NCBI GenBank assembly: GCA_963809485.1
Contig: CAWEJX010000008.1
Location: 544,001 to 608,000, forward strand
DNA from: an uncultured Acidobacteriota bacterium
Lineage (GTDB): Bacteria; Acidobacteriota; UBA6911
DNA: 64,000 nt
Reading direction: 5' to 3'
The position numbers and the translations under genes are program-made. Shown piece after piece: positions 61,983-64,000 of this stretch. The notes under the pieces are model-generated. The model was not told the origin of the DNA. It saw nothing but the letters and a program-made list of their open reading frames with translations, and did no database searches. Each line of letters begins with the position of its first letter. Position 1 is the first letter of the stretch.

Positions 61983-62603
61983 TTAAGGCTGTTCCGGAAC
62001 GAAGGGGGTAAGGAGGAGCTCGCGGTAGATCCTTTCGACCTGGTCGCGGGTCTGCTTCATCGTGCCGTTGGTGTCGATGACGTAATGCGCAAACTTGAGC
62101 TTCTCCTCGACCGGCATCTGCGACTCCATCCGCGCCCGGGCCTCCTTTTCCGTCATCCCGTCGCGGCCCATGAGCCGCGCCACCTGCAATGCGGGATCGC
62201 ACCTGACAATAATCAGCCGGTCGTACATCTTGTAGCCGCCGGTTTCAATCATCAGGGCGGCATCCACAATGACGACGCCTCCCGATCCCGACTGTTCGAG
62301 CACCACAATCCGCCGCAGTATCTCCCGCCCGACATCCGGGTGCACCAGGCTGTTGAGCAGCGTTCTTTTGTCTTCATCGGAGAAGACGATGCGCCCCAGT
62401 TCCCTGCGGTCGATCTCCCCGTCAGGGCCGACAATCGCCGGACCAAACGCATCGACGATCCTTTGAAAAGTCCGGGAGGTGGAAGCCAGCAGTTCATGCG
62501 CCACCGAATCCGCGTCGATGACGTGCGCCCCGAGTTCGGCAAACATGCGGGCGGCACTGCTCTTGCCCGATGCGATGTTCCCCGTCAAGCCTGCGTGCAG
62601 CAT
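61983..62603 (-). CDS. coaE: Dephospho-CoA kinase
   Basis: GLTGNIASGKS, IDAD, IDRRELGRIVF, LNSLVHP, ARMESQMP. Confidence 0.95.
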   Translation of the reverse strand: MLHAGLTGNIASGKSSAARMFAELGAHVIDADSVAHELLASTSRTFQRIVDAFGPAIVGPDGEIDRRELGRIVFSDEDKRTLLNSLVHPDVGREILRRIVVLEQSGSGGVVIVDAALMIETGGYKMYDRLIIVRCDPALQVARLMGRDGMTEKEARARMESQMPVEEKLKFAHYVIDTNGTMKQTRDQVERIYRELLLTPFVPEQP

Positions 62604-62707
62604 AGGGGCGCCATTGTATCACAGAGGGGCGGCGTTGACTCCCCAGGCGACTTGAGATACCTTGATCCCGCCACACCCTCGGTTCCCCCTAAGCAAGAAG
62701 GAGATTT

Positions 62708-63655
62708 ATGCGCGTTTTGATAACCGGCGGCGCAGGATTCATCGCCTATCACCTGGCAGCCGCATTGATCGCCAGGCGGGACGAAGTCATCCTGCTGGAT
62801 AATTTCAACGACTTCTACGATCCCGAACTCAAGCGGAAGAACGTGCGCGATCTCCAGGCGATGAGAGACGTGCCCGTTTACGCCGTCGATATCCTGGACC
62901 GCAACAGCCTCCGCCGCGTGTTTGAGGAAACCCGTCCCGAAACAGTCGTGCACCTGGCCGCATGGGCGGGCGTGCGGCCGTCCCTGGAAAAACCCGAGCT
63001 GTACTCCGCCGTCAATGTGACCGGAACCGTCCATATGCTGGAAATGGCGAAGGAGTTCGCAGTCCAGTGCTTCATTTTCGGATCCTCTTCGTCCGTCTAC
63101 GGCGGCAGCACACGCGTGCCCTTCGCCGAGGACGACCCGGTCGACCGGCCGGTCTCCCCTTACGCAGCCACCAAGCGGGCGGGCGAACTCCTGTGCCACA
63201 CCTACGCGAAAAACTTTTCCCTGCGCACCACCTGCCTGCGCTTCTTCACCGTCTATGGCCCGCGCCAGCGTCCCGAAATGGCCATCCACAAATTCGCCCG
63301 CCTGATGTCCGAAGGCCGCGAAATCCCCATTTTCGGCCAGGGCGATTCACGCCGGGACTACACCTACGTGGAAGATATCGTCTCCGGCATACTCGCCGCC
63401 ATCGAGGTGAATCCGCAGTTCGAGATCGTAAACCTGGGCGAGTCGCAGACCATCACGCTGCTCGGACTCGTCGAACACCTGGAGCAGGCCCTGGGCAAAA
63501 AAGCCGCCCTGCGCTTTCTGCCCAATCAGCCCGGAGACATGGAGGTCACCTACGCGGATATTACCCACGCGCGCCGGCTGCTCGGATACAATCCGCAGGT
63601 GCCTATCCGGCAAGGGATACGGTTGTTTGCGGAATGGTATAAAAGCAGGGATTAG
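62708..63655 (+). CDS. NAD-dependent epimerase (UDP-glucuronate 4-epimerase-like)
   Basis: TGGAGFI, DNFNDFYDP, HLAAWAGVRPS, SSSSVYG, YAATKRAGE, LRFFTVYGPRQRPEMA, QPGDM. Confidence 0.92.
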   Translation: MRVLITGGAGFIAYHLAAALIARRDEVILLDNFNDFYDPELKRKNVRDLQAMRDVPVYAVDILDRNSLRRVFEETRPETVVHLAAWAGVRPSLEKPELYSAVNVTGTVHMLEMAKEFAVQCFIFGSSSSVYGGSTRVPFAEDDPVDRPVSPYAATKRAGELLCHTYAKNFSLRTTCLRFFTVYGPRQRPEMAIHKFARLMSEGREIPIFGQGDSRRDYTYVEDIVSGILAAIEVNPQFEIVNLGESQTITLLGLVEHLEQALGKKAALRFLPNQPGDMEVTYADITHARRLLGYNPQVPIRQGIRLFAEWYKSRD

Positions 63656-63681
63656 GGATTAGGGATTAGGGATTAGGGGGG
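63648..63681 (+). repeat. (GGGATTA)4 + G-run heptamer tandem repeat
   Basis: GGGATTA GGGATTA GGGATTA GGGATTA GGGGGG, includes epimerase stop codon. Confidence 0.9.
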
Positions 63682-63727
63682 TGTTGCAGGAGTTGGGTGC
63701 TGTTTTAGGGTTTGCCCTGTGGTTTTG

Positions 63728-63825
63728 TTAACGCCGAATTACGCTGACAAAAGCTGACATACGCTGACAAAAAAATATATATTTCAGCGTGTGTCGGCGT
63801 TGGTTCCGCGTCCGTCAGCGTTAAA
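63728..63825. repeat. ACGCTGAC-type imperfect inverted repeat (REP-like); related copy at ~36359-36410
   Basis: TTAACGCCGAATTACGCTGAC..TACGCTGAC / TCAGCGTG..GTCAGCGTTAA. Confidence 0.5.
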
Positions 63826-64000
63826 AACGGAAAGGGCGTATGACCGCGCAAACAAAAAAGCTCGCGCTATCAGAGCTGAACAAACAATTCCGATGTAGAG
63901 AGTTTTCCGGATACGGCAGCCGGCGGTTGCCGTTCGCGAAGCCGGTTTGCGGCTGGAATAAGGCCTTTTAACCTGACACGGGAGCGATCCCGGTCCCGGC

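Noticed and set aside
1-64000. tRNA/rRNA genes
   Set aside because: None recognised by eye.

Overview
Bacterial genomic window. The gene style (RHH leader gene, wza-gumC-exeA-capB order) suggests Acidobacteriota, but this is inference only. It is dominated by a large surface-polysaccharide region. A plus-strand block (1.0-14.3 kb) holds a ~1155-aa secreted FN3/95-aa-repeat/LamG protein split by a 1-bp frameshift, four GT2s, an MsbA/HepA-like ABC exporter and a PL1-type lyase. A mostly minus-strand Wzx/Wzy operon (15-41.4 kb) runs RHH leader, wza, gumC, ExeA-LysM, a Walker-A-degenerate CapB, NTP transferase, DegT, a priming sugar transferase, GT4s, a dehydratase, an NTase-kinase pair, a flippase and a polymerase. 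A divergent NarX-type kinase (41.7 kb) is separated from a NarL-type regulator (57.5 kb) by 14 kb of nested mobile debris (DDE/DUF6431, RIT, group II intron, IS4, serine recombinase) and extra sugar-modifying genes. The window ends with TA loci, DUF169, a Glu/Leu dehydrogenase, a REP/MITE cluster, coaE and a UDP-glucuronate-epimerase-like gene. The best candidate for a novel system is a priming phosphoglycosyl transferase fused across a 1-nt frameshift to a catalytically dead GGDEF domain with an intact RxxD site (possible direct c-di-GMP control of glycan initiation). It sits in an operon with an ops-like leader element and a pseudo-BY-kinase. All family calls come from motif recognition by eye; no searches were run.
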